A stretch of 32,000 bases of DNA from Alkanindiges illinoisensis DSM 15370 (GTDB taxonomy: Bacteria; Pseudomonadota; Gammaproteobacteria; Pseudomonadales; Moraxellaceae): the NCBI RefSeq assembly GCF_000619845.1, contig NZ_JHUX01000003.1, positions 1,748,622 through 1,780,621 on the forward strand, given 5' to 3'. Each line of letters starts with the position of its first letter. Position 1 is the first letter of the stretch. A program made the position numbers and the translations under genes. Below are positions 19,854-29,400 of this stretch, piece after piece. The notes beneath the pieces were generated by a model that ran no database searches, was not told the DNA's origin, and saw only the letters and a program-made list of their open reading frames with translations.

Positions 19854-20342
19854 ATGCCGTCATTTGATATTGTATCGGAATTGGAAATTTTTGAAGTCAA
19901 CCACGCGGTTCAGAATACCCAAAAAGAAATCCAGACCCGCTTTGACTTCCGTGGTTCCGAAGTCACTATTGAGCTAAATGAAAAAGCCAAGGAAATCAAG
20001 ATCAGTGCCGAAAGCGACTTTCAGGTTGAACAGGTTTATAACATGCTGGAAAACCACTTTCACAAGCGCAAAATTGATTTGCAAAGTCTGGACCCGCAAA
20101 AAATGACTGCCTCAGGCAAGCACACTGTTCAGGTGATCAAGCTTAAAGATGGCCTTGATTCTGATACCGCCAAGAAAATCAACAAGGCAATCAAGGAAAG
20201 TGGCATTAAGGCACAATCATCCATTCAGGGCGATAAAATCCGGGTTACCGACAAAAAACGTGATACCTTGCAACAGGTTATGGCATTTCTTAAAGAACAG
20301 CAATTTGGTTTGCCCCTTCAATTTAACAATTTCAAAGACTGA
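19854..20342 (+). CDS. yajQ: YajQ-family nucleotide-binding protein
   Basis: MPSFDIVSE...NHAVQNTQKEIQTRFDFRG, 162 aa, typical YajQ/UPF0234. An AAGGA SD lies upstream. Confidence 0.9.
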   Translation: MPSFDIVSELEIFEVNHAVQNTQKEIQTRFDFRGSEVTIELNEKAKEIKISAESDFQVEQVYNMLENHFHKRKIDLQSLDPQKMTASGKHTVQVIKLKDGLDSDTAKKINKAIKESGIKAQSSIQGDKIRVTDKKRDTLQQVMAFLKEQQFGLPLQFNNFKD

Positions 20343-20346
20343 TTTT

Positions 20347-20387
20347 CACTTCACAATTTTTTACTTCACATCTTTTTACTTCACAAT
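20347..20387 (+). repeat. Three direct copies of ACTTCACA at 15-16 bp spacing in the yajQ/thioesterase spacer
   Basis: cACTTCACAa (20347-20356), tACTTCACAt (20362-20371) and tACTTCACAa (20378-20387), each embedded in T-rich flanks. Confidence 0.8.
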
Positions 20388-20401
20388 TTTGGGGAAATTT
20401 T

Positions 20402-20902
20402 ATGACCAAACCAAACCGTATGATGAAAGTGGTGAATGCCACCTCAAAACTGCCTGAATCCATGCGTACTTTTGCCATTTCCAAAGCATTTGGCACTATT
20501 GTCCCTATGGTAGGCACTGCCGGGATTCGCTATGAGCATGTCACCCCGGAAAAAGTCGTGGTCAGTATTAAAAACAAGCGCCCAATGCAAAACCATATTA
20601 AGGGCGTTCATGCTGCGGCCATGGCTCTGCTGGCTGAAACTGCCACAGGTTTTGTGGTGGGTCTGAATGTACCGGATAACCGCATCATGCTGATCAAGTC
20701 CCTGCATGTGGATTATAAACGTATTGCAAAAGGGGATTTGGTAGCCACAGCGACCTTGAGTGATGAGCAGCGCCAGTATATTGCAGACAATGAAAAGGGT
20801 GAGCTGATTGTTCCGATCACAGTTGTAGATGAATCTGGCCAGTCACCCATTCAATGCACCATGAACTGGGCATGGCTTCCCAAGAAAAAGAAACAGGCTT
20901 AA
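20402..20902 (+). CDS. Hotdog-fold thioesterase (PaaI/DUF4442-like)
   Basis: 166 aa. NHIKGVHAAAMALLAETATG is typical of PaaI/DUF4442 hotdog proteins. A GGGG SD lies 8 nt upstream. Confidence 0.65.
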   Translation: MTKPNRMMKVVNATSKLPESMRTFAISKAFGTIVPMVGTAGIRYEHVTPEKVVVSIKNKRPMQNHIKGVHAAAMALLAETATGFVVGLNVPDNRIMLIKSLHVDYKRIAKGDLVATATLSDEQRQYIADNEKGELIVPITVVDESGQSPIQCTMNWAWLPKKKKQA

Positions 20903-20934
20903 TGGCTTAATGGCTTAAACTTAGCCTGATCACT

Positions 20935-20973
20935 AAAAAAGCTGCCCGATCAATTTGACGGGCAGCTTTTTTA
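20935..20973. terminator. Bidirectional intrinsic terminator between convergent genes
   Basis: A-run, then agctgcccg / 10-nt loop / cgggcagct, then a T-run. Confidence 0.8.
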
Positions 20974-21001
20974 TTCAAGTAAATTGAATATTTATAGCTA
21001 A

Positions 21002-21364
21002 TTATGGCAGTGGACGTTTTTTACCATGCTCATCAATGGCCACATAAGTAAAAATACCATTGGTCACCAGCACCGGATTTTCAATATCGTTACTTTCCCA
21101 AACATCTACCATGACCTGCATTGATGTCGTGCCTTTTTTGACAATACGGGTATAACAGGCCAACACCTCACCCACCTTAACTGGCACATGAAACACCATA
21201 TTGTTAATTGAAATGGTCGCAACACGCCCGCGGGAAAGCCTGCGCGCATGTACGGCCCCGGCCAAATCCATTTGGGAAACCAGCCAGCCTCCAAATACAT
21301 CTCCATTCCAATTGGTGTCCGCAGGCATTGGAATCACCTGTAAAGATAAATCACCTTCTGGCAT
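21002..21364 (-). CDS. yciA: Acyl-CoA thioester hydrolase (YciA-like hotdog)
   Basis: Collinear with E. coli YciA: MPADTNWNGDVFGGWLVSQMDLAG, GRVATISINNMVFHVPVKVGEVLACY, KKGTTSM, YVAIDEHGKKRPLP. Confidence 0.85.
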   Translation of the reverse strand: MPEGDLSLQVIPMPADTNWNGDVFGGWLVSQMDLAGAVHARRLSRGRVATISINNMVFHVPVKVGEVLACYTRIVKKGTTSMQVMVDVWESNDIENPVLVTNGIFTYVAIDEHGKKRPLP

Positions 21365-21397
21365 AGTTCACCCTAGTCAATTAAGTACCTGATAAAA

Positions 21398-21817
21398 TTA
21401 CTGATGCGCCTGCATCCACTGCTGAATTTGTACTGAGGTCATGGCGCCCGCCTGCCGTGCCACTTCCTTACCCTGCTTTAATATTACCAGTGTCGGAATA
21501 CTGCGAATGGCAAACTGTTGCGCTGTCGTGGCTGCCTGCTCAGTATTGACTTTAACAAACTGAACAGCGTGCAGTTGCCCGGCAGCGTGTTCAAAATGCG
21601 GCGCCATCATCTTGCATGGCCCACACCATGACGCCCAGAAGTCTACCAGTACAGGCAATTCAGTAGAACTGATAAATTGCTGAAAGTTTTGATCATTCAG
21701 CTCCACCGGTTTACCACTTAACAACACTTCATGGCAGCGACCACACTTGGGCTGTTCACCCAAACGGCTTTGTTCCAGCCGGTTTTTTGCCAGACAATGC
21801 GGACAGGTAACAATCAT
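21398..21817 (-). CDS. trxC: Thioredoxin 2 (zinc-finger thioredoxin)
   Basis: N-terminal CPHC...CGRC zinc-binding pairs, a WCGPC active site, and 139 aa as in E. coli TrxC. Confidence 0.9.
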   Translation of the reverse strand: MIVTCPHCLAKNRLEQSRLGEQPKCGRCHEVLLSGKPVELNDQNFQQFISSTELPVLVDFWASWCGPCKMMAPHFEHAAGQLHAVQFVKVNTEQAATTAQQFAIRSIPTLVILKQGKEVARQAGAMTSVQIQQWMQAHQ

Positions 21818-21841
21818 GATCTTATCCTGTAAATTTATCCG

Positions 21842-22729
21842 TTAACCAATATGTTTCTTTAAAAAAGCCAGTTGCACGCGAATCCCTTCTTCAAACCAGC
21901 GACCCTGCAACAAATCAAAATGCCCAATCGGCCATTCCAGATATTCAACCTGCTTGATCTTTGCTGCCGCCTTCCGGGTTGCAGATAGCGGAATTAAGCT
22001 GTCCTTTTGTGCACCGAAGATTAATGCTGGACACTGAACCCTGGCTGCTTCCTTGGTAGGCCGGTACTGATTTACGGTAATAATAATGCGGGCCGGCACT
22101 AACCCTACCCAGCTACTGCCTTTGGGTACCATTTGCATATAGCCTTCATAACAGTCATCACCGGTTAGACAGCGCACGCCTTGCTCAGCCACCACCGGAA
22201 TACGAATCGGGTCACGACCAATCTTGGAGCCAGCCAGATCCTGCAAGGCCAAAGCCGTGGCGCGCGGCAGCAGATGCTTGGGATACATCATGGCACTGGC
22301 AAAACCATCCACATGCGGCACCAGCCCAATAATGGCAGCAATCCCCTTTTCCCGCGCAGCTGTTGTAATCACATGACCACCACTCATGGACATGCCCCAC
22401 AGCACAATACGTGAGGTATCCACGTCCTTACGCTTTTTTACCTGTGCTAATACAGCCTTCCAGTCTGCCACATGATTGGGCGCTGACACCAGCTCACGTG
22501 GCTTGCCAGTACTGCCACCAAATCCGCGATAATCAAATAATACAACCGCGTAGCCTGCCTCAGCAAAGGCGACGGCTGTATCGGGTAAGCTAAACTTGCG
22601 TTCTCCTGCAAAGCCATGCGCCATCATAATGACCGCAGGCCTACGTACCTTGGCAGGTCGATAAAAATCCGCGCCCAGTGTTTCTCCGCTGCTTTTTAAA
22701 AATAATGGTTCTATGCTGTACTGTCCCAT
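21842..22729 (-). CDS. Alpha/beta-fold hydrolase
   Basis: Nucleophile elbow GMSMSGG, HGFAGER, and a C-terminal His region (WPIGHFDL). It is the first gene of an apparent hydrolase-trxC-yciA minus-strand cluster. Confidence 0.75.
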   Translation of the reverse strand: MGQYSIEPLFLKSSGETLGADFYRPAKVRRPAVIMMAHGFAGERKFSLPDTAVAFAEAGYAVVLFDYRGFGGSTGKPRELVSAPNHVADWKAVLAQVKKRKDVDTSRIVLWGMSMSGGHVITTAAREKGIAAIIGLVPHVDGFASAMMYPKHLLPRATALALQDLAGSKIGRDPIRIPVVAEQGVRCLTGDDCYEGYMQMVPKGSSWVGLVPARIIITVNQYRPTKEAARVQCPALIFGAQKDSLIPLSATRKAAAKIKQVEYLEWPIGHFDLLQGRWFEEGIRVQLAFLKKHIG

Positions 22730-22930
22730 TTATTATTCCTCTGTCCTAGAAGTAGATGCCTAAACATTGATGGCTCATGGTTTTAATCCCTGTTTTCCAG
22801 TTACAGTATAGAATAGAAGATTCATCATTTAACCAGTCATCAACATATTTTTGCTGAAATTATTTGTTGACACTGCCTTAACTTAGGTAAAGTTTAGCCA
22901 TATATTTTTTTAATGAATGGGGAATCGAAA

Positions 22931-23266
22931 ATGGCCGATCAAGTGGGTTTTGCAGGACAGCTTTATCCTGAACATATGGTGGAAGTGACACAAAAGGGCT
23001 TTAAATCCCTAATCAATAACCGTCCGGATTTTGAGGGTGGTAATGATCAACCTACCAGTGCCCAGCTTGAAGAAGCAGCGCGAAATGTCGGCATTGATTA
23101 TGTATTTCAGCCCGTAGTGGCTGGGCAAATTAGCCAGCTCGATGTTGAAGCCTTTGCCCGCCACTACAATGAACTACCCAAACCTATTTTAATGTTTTGC
23201 CGTACCGGTAATCGTTCCAGCAATTTGTATCAACTGGCTAAGCAGATGGATCTACTTGATGATTAG
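22931..23266 (+). CDS. TIGR01244/DUF442-type small phosphatase-fold (putative sulfur-metabolism) protein
   Basis: INNRPDFE...QP motif and a Cys loop FCRTGNRS. The ATG at 22931 has a GGGGA SD 8 nt upstream and is preferred over 22913. Confidence 0.6.
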   Translation: MADQVGFAGQLYPEHMVEVTQKGFKSLINNRPDFEGGNDQPTSAQLEEAARNVGIDYVFQPVVAGQISQLDVEAFARHYNELPKPILMFCRTGNRSSNLYQLAKQMDLLDD

Positions 23267-23382
23267 ACTGAGTATTGTTTTATTGATGACATTTATAAGT
23301 TTAAGTGCCTGTTAGAATTTGCAGATTAGGCCTACGGCTACGGTTAGTGTTGGCACAGGTTTATAAGATAAAAATAGGTAAT

Positions 23383-23409
23383 AAAAAACGGCTCTGGGAG
23401 CCGTTTTTT
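23383..23409. terminator. Bidirectional intrinsic terminator after the giant gene
   Basis: AAAAAA, then cggctc / tgg / gagccg, then TTTTTT. It lies 13 bp downstream of the giant-gene stop on the minus strand. Confidence 0.8.
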
Positions 23410-23421
23410 ATCAAAGGACTA

Positions 23422-26400
23422 TTATGGACAGGTAAAATTAGTACCATATGGGCTAATTAAATTAGGACCATAAGTTCCATCAGTACTATAATCATTAGCA
23501 AGGGACGGTAATCCTAAGTCATAAACTGTTCTAGTCGGCAATGTAGTTACTGTAGAAGCTGCACCAATACGTATATTCAACCATTGTGAATAAATCTTCG
23601 GATAACGAATGGTAAAGTCAAATTTACCCTCCGCATCAGTGGTATAAGTAGCCGTAGTTCCTTGACTACCCAGGAATGTAGGTACTTTTACCGGAATATT
23701 GATTACCTGAGTATTGGTTATTGCTGTTCCAGCCGCACTAGCAGCACAAGTCACGGTATCATGATATACCCACTTTTCACTTTGATTACCCAGTGCATCT
23801 GTCACTAGATCCCATGAATATGCACCTTTAACATAACTCAATGGTGTGATATCAAGAGCAACTTCCTGATTGGCCAACGGCTTGCCATCAAAATCAACAA
23901 CGCTTGCCGACAGATTACGTGTGTAGTATACCCCATCACTTGATGCACTTATCTCGGTAGGATTAACCCCAATTACAATTGAGGCAACAGGTTGCTGGAT
24001 CATAGCCTGCACAACATTAATGCGTCCACTTTGCACCGCATCAAAATAACCGTTTTCCTTAAAGGTTGCAGTGACGTTTAAATCATCACTTGCAAAATCA
24101 GTTGCGCTATAAGTCTGTGCACGGGTAGTTTCGTCCACTTTTACCTTAAATACAGCTTGGCCATTAGTATCAGTTGTTAAACCGGATGCACCAAGGATTG
24201 ATGCACCATTACGAGCAAAGTCCGCAAGGCTTAAGGTCACATATTGACCGGATACTCCTCCCCCGTTTGCATCCACCACGGTCACAGTAACGTCACTGCT
24301 ATCATTACGAACATTCAGGGTAGGCTTGGCAGAACTAATCCGCAGACTATAGCGAGCCGGCTGGGTTTGCGACGGTGAGGTTGATGGCCTGAAAACAGCC
24401 AAACGGCTTACTTGGGTGGTAACTGCATCATTTTCCTCTGTATGGCTAGCTTCTAATAAGATACCGCTAGCAATCAGCAGATCCTTATCGAAATTGCCGG
24501 TAGGCGTACTCACCATGAAGAAAGCGCGCCCTAGTTCATCCGTAGTAACGGTTTGTGGTAAGGTTGTAATTCCGCTGCCAGTCCCATTAATCACAATACC
24601 AGCTGCAGTATTTCTTACAGTTAAGCTGACATTTTTATTTTTGACCGGCTGATTGGCACTATCAAGTAGCGTTACTACCACCAGTGTTTTGTCACCATCA
24701 ACACTTAAACTATTATTGTCAGGATCAATTTGCAGATGATACTGACTAATGGCCTCATTGACATTTAGATGCACATCCTGAGTCCTAACCACACCATTAG
24801 AAAGGGTGATAGAAGCACGAACAGTAACACCGTTAGCTAATAAAGCCTGATACTGTGCACCAGTAATTTTAGTCAGTTTAATACTGAACCTAGCATTACC
24901 ACTAGCATCAGTGATTGCATTATTAGCACCCTCAATGGTTACGCCATTTAAAGCAGAATCCACTACTGTCAAAGCAACAGGCGAGTTTTTGATTGGTTTG
25001 AGATTTTGGTCAACCAATTTAGTATAAATCTCTGCGCTATCACCTGTAGATAGTAATGATGGTTTTGAGCTACTAATAGTTAGATTGGTAGATTCCTGTG
25101 GAACAGTCACGTTGATTTTACCAACCTGCGTCACAGGAATTGGACTATCAGTATTTAAGGTATTAACAGCAAAGGTAATTCCACTTTGTACCAGATCAAG
25201 CTCGGCCGGATCAGTCCCAGCGGCTACACTCACCTTAAATGTAACATAGCCATTAGAGTTAGTAATTTTAGTAGCTTGGTCTACTGTGACCCGTGAGCTT
25301 AAATTAGGTGCCAATGCAAAAGTAATATCCTTGTCTTTTAGTGCATTGCCATCCTTATCTACAGCACGAACTACAATATCTGTACTGTCACCTAATGTTG
25401 AAACTGTTTGCTTGGATGGGATAACCTGAAGCCCAACGACTGAAGGGTTTGCAGATTCAGGGGATTGCGCCATTACTTTAGTATTTTGAATTAGTGTTGT
25501 CCCATCACTGAGTATGGTGGCAGCAGCTAAGTCAATACCATTAGCGACCAGATTTTTAATCTTTTGCTCATCGACGTTATTTATATTCAGTGTAAAAGTA
25601 GCCACACCTTTAGCATTAGTAGTAGCAGTACTTGATGACAGCGTTACGCCATTTGCAGCAGCAGCCAGATTTAATCCTAATGAAATTTTCTTCTTCGCTG
25701 CTACTGTCCCACTGCTGTTGAACGCTTTCACGCTTAACGTTAATGTATCATTATCTGCCCGTACCACGCCTTTAGAAGCAATTAGTTCTAAACGCTGAAT
25801 ATCAGTTGCTGCGTTATTAGCATCGACATTAAACTGAACAATGGTAGTTTGAGTAATGTTAGTGCCAGCACTGTTAGTATAAGTCGCTGTGGCATTAATG
25901 CCTGCCAGCAATGCTTTGATTTGATCAGCACTTACACCGCCACCAGCTGGTGTGTAGGTTACAGTAAATTTTGCACCGCTGGCATCAGTTGTTGCATTCG
26001 CTGGAGTAACTTTAACATCCAAGCCAGCCAACACATTATTGAGCTTCAAGCTGATGGTTTTATCTGTTAATGCAGTGCCATCTTTATTAAAAGCCTTAAC
26101 TGTAATGACTGATGTCCCGCCTGACGTAGCAATGCTGTCAGAGCTTGTAGCAGTCAAATAGCCCACCTCATTTAACGCTGCCTGTGAAACGACGTTGATC
26201 TTAATATTTTGACTGATTGTCCCGCTGCCATCGCCCTGTACGGCAGAGGCACCAATGCCAATACCGGAAGCCACCAAAGTAGCGACTTTTTCAGCAGTAT
26301 CGGGCTTAACACTCAGTTCAACAATTGCCTGACCATCGTCATTTGTTTGTACAGCGCGCGAGCTACCGGTTGCATCAATAATGCTAACCCCATTTTGCAG

Positions 26401-29400
26401 GGCAATGCTATCTAATGCGACGATCACTTGACGGTTTTTTATTGCATTACCTGCACTGTCTTTTAATGTTATTACAGCTTGTACAGTTTCACCATTTTCT
26501 GTATTAACTATCAATGCGCCCTTGTTTACTACCAAGTCCATGCGTGCAATGTTGACCTGATCGGCATAGAACTGCACTACTGTATTTTGAGTAGTGTTAG
26601 TGCCTGCGCTGTTAGTATAAATTGCTGTGGCATTAATACCTGCCAGCAATGCTTTGATTTGCGCTTCAGTTAAGGTGGTCGGTGCAGTATAAGTTACATT
26701 AAAGGTCGCGCTACCATCTAATCCCGTGGTCTTACTAGCTGCATCAACTTTAATATCTAGTCCAGCTGGAATTGTACCGAGTTTGAGGCCAACTGTTTTG
26801 TCTTTAAGCGCTGTGCCACTACTGTTAAAGGCCTTAACTGTAATGACTGATGTTCCACCTGTTGTGGCAATGCTGTCAGAGCTTGTAGCAGTCAAATAGC
26901 CCACTTCATTTTTAGTCGCTTCTGACAGTACATTCATTTTTAGAGTTTGAGTTATTGTCCCGCTGCCATCGCCCTGAACTGCTGATGCACGAATAACAAT
27001 CCCAGAAGCGACTAGCGCCTCTATGGACTCTTTGGTTGGTGTACGCACTTCTAAAGCAACAACAGCCTGACCATTAGCATCTGTTTTGACAACGGTTAAG
27101 CCGCCAATCACATCCTTAAAGTTTACACTGGTCAATAATATATTATTATCAGCCCCTAAATTATCCAATGATAAAGAGACCTGACGATTTTTAATCAGAT
27201 TTCCATCTTTATCTTTAAGCGTCACGGTGGTCAGGAAAGTTTGAGTCGTAGTAGTATTAACAACTAAAGCCAAGCCTTTTTCGACCACCAGATCCATGCG
27301 TGAAATATTAACTTCATCGGCATAGAACTGCACTACTGTATTTTGAGTAGTGTTAGTGCCAGCACTGTTAGTATAAATTGCTGTGGCATTAATACCTGCC
27401 AGCAATGCTTTGATTTGCGCTTCACTCAAGCCTGCTGGAGCAATATAGGTAATCTTAAATTTAGCGCTGCCATCGGCTGCTGTTACCTTACTAGCTGCAT
27501 CAACTTTAATATCTAGCCCGGTCGGAACAACATCAAGTTTTAGGCCAACTGTTTTGTCTTTAAGCGCTGTGCCACTACTGTTAAAGGCCTTAACTGTAAT
27601 GACTGATGTTCCACCTGTTGTAGCAATGCTGTCAGAGCTTGTAGCAGTCAAATAGCCTACTTCACTCAATGCCGCTGATGACAAAATGCTAACTTTGGTA
27701 CTTTGGGTAATTGTCCCGCTGCCATCGCCCTGAACTGCTGATGCACCAATGCCAATACCGGAAGCGACCAAAGCATTAATACTGGTTGTGCTGCCTGGCT
27801 GAACATTAATAGCTATACTGACCTGACCAGCGGCATTGGTACTAACTACGGTTAGACCGCCTGTGGCACCCGCAAAGCTAACCCCGTTTTGCAGAGCGGT
27901 ATTATCCAGTGCTAAAGTCACTTGGCGATTGGCAATAGGATTACCTTGGTTATCTTTTAATATTGCTATGGCATTGACAGTCTGGGCGGTGATTGAGTCA
28001 ACCACCAGTGCACCCTTGTCAACCAGCAGATCCATACGTGAAATATTGGCAGGCAATGTATAATAAGCCAGCATAGAGCTTTGGGAAACCGTACCTTGAC
28101 TACCTGTATAACTTGCAGTAAATGTCAGTCCCTGAGCCTCTAGTGCAGCCTTATCAGCAGTGGATACCTGCGCAGCATTATAAACCACTGTAAAACTTAC
28201 CTCACCCGCTGCATTTGTGGTGAGCTTATTTCCTTCTTTAATGCTAAGTCCATTAAAGGCTTTGCTTAAGGCTAGACTAATGTCCTTATTGGCAACAACA
28301 GCACCACTACTATTATAAACTTTAACCTTAACCACCCGCTCAGCAGATTGTGTTACGTCTAAAGATTGAAGACTATCAATCGTTAAATAAGTCACATCAG
28401 CTTGCGACTGCGCTGTTGCTGCCACCATCAGTTTGGCTGTCTGAGTCAATACAGTACCAGTGTTTTGTTCTGCAGAAGCTGTAAGTAATATGCCTGCCGC
28501 AGTTAAAGCATCGACAGCTTCTATATTTGGCGCAGCCAGTTTAATCGTGAATTTTGCTTCACCTGCCGCATCGCTGACAATACTGCTTGCTCCTGCAAAA
28601 GATACCCCATTATTTTTGGCCACATCCGTCAAGCTTAAGGAAACTTTACGCCCGATAACCGCCTGACCATTTTCATCCAATGCCTTAACAGTAATAACTG
28701 CACTATCACTACCTGCTACGGCGACACCTTTACCGAGGTTAATGGATAACTGTGTTACATCTGCATTAACATTTTGTTCATAATAACGTAGTCGAGTGGT
28801 CTGGGTAACTGAAGATACACCATTTGCAGGCTGATATTCAGCGGTTAATAAAACCCCTTCAGTCTTCAGCTGATTTAATAAAGTCTGATCGGTAATACTG
28901 CCATCATAACTTACAGTGAAGGTAGCCTTACCTTCGCTATCGGTTTGTAGTTTTGACGCGCCCACCAGCGTCAAACCATTTTTCTGACTATCTGCAATTT
29001 TTAGGGTTAAAGCGCGATTCGTTAAAACACCACCATTGTTATCTATGGCCTTAACAGTAACTTTAGCCTGACCTTTATTAAGATTAATCAGCCCATCAGC
29101 AGACATGCTTAAATAGCTTACCGCCACTGTTTCAGAAGCAGCAGCCTGAACCATAACCTGAATAGTCTGGCTAGCCGTACCGCTTGTGGCTTTGGCTGTA
29201 ATACCGCTAGCAATCAGCTTGTCAATGGCCTCTGAATTAGGTGCTGTAGTTAATAAGGTATAGCTTACATACCCGTTAGCGTCTGATACTTTAGAGCTAG
29301 CACCATCAAATCTGACCCCATTTTGTGTTGCATCATCCGTTAATTCAAACTTGACTGATTGATTCGCTGCAGCATTACCTTTTTCATCAATAGCACGGAT

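Noticed and set aside
20896-20919. An 8-bp triple tandem repeat (ggcttaat ggcttaat ggcttaaa) covering the stop codon of the hotdog thioesterase gene.
   Set aside because: It is very short. The first copy already supplies the in-frame TAA, so copy-number change would not alter the protein. It is probably slippage noise.
25822-28044. Long regularly spaced repeats that could be mistaken for a CRISPR-like or satellite array.
   Set aside because: The period is 729-756 bp, the repeats are in frame inside a continuous ORF, and they encode Ig-like modules. There is no short repeat/spacer structure and no cas genes.
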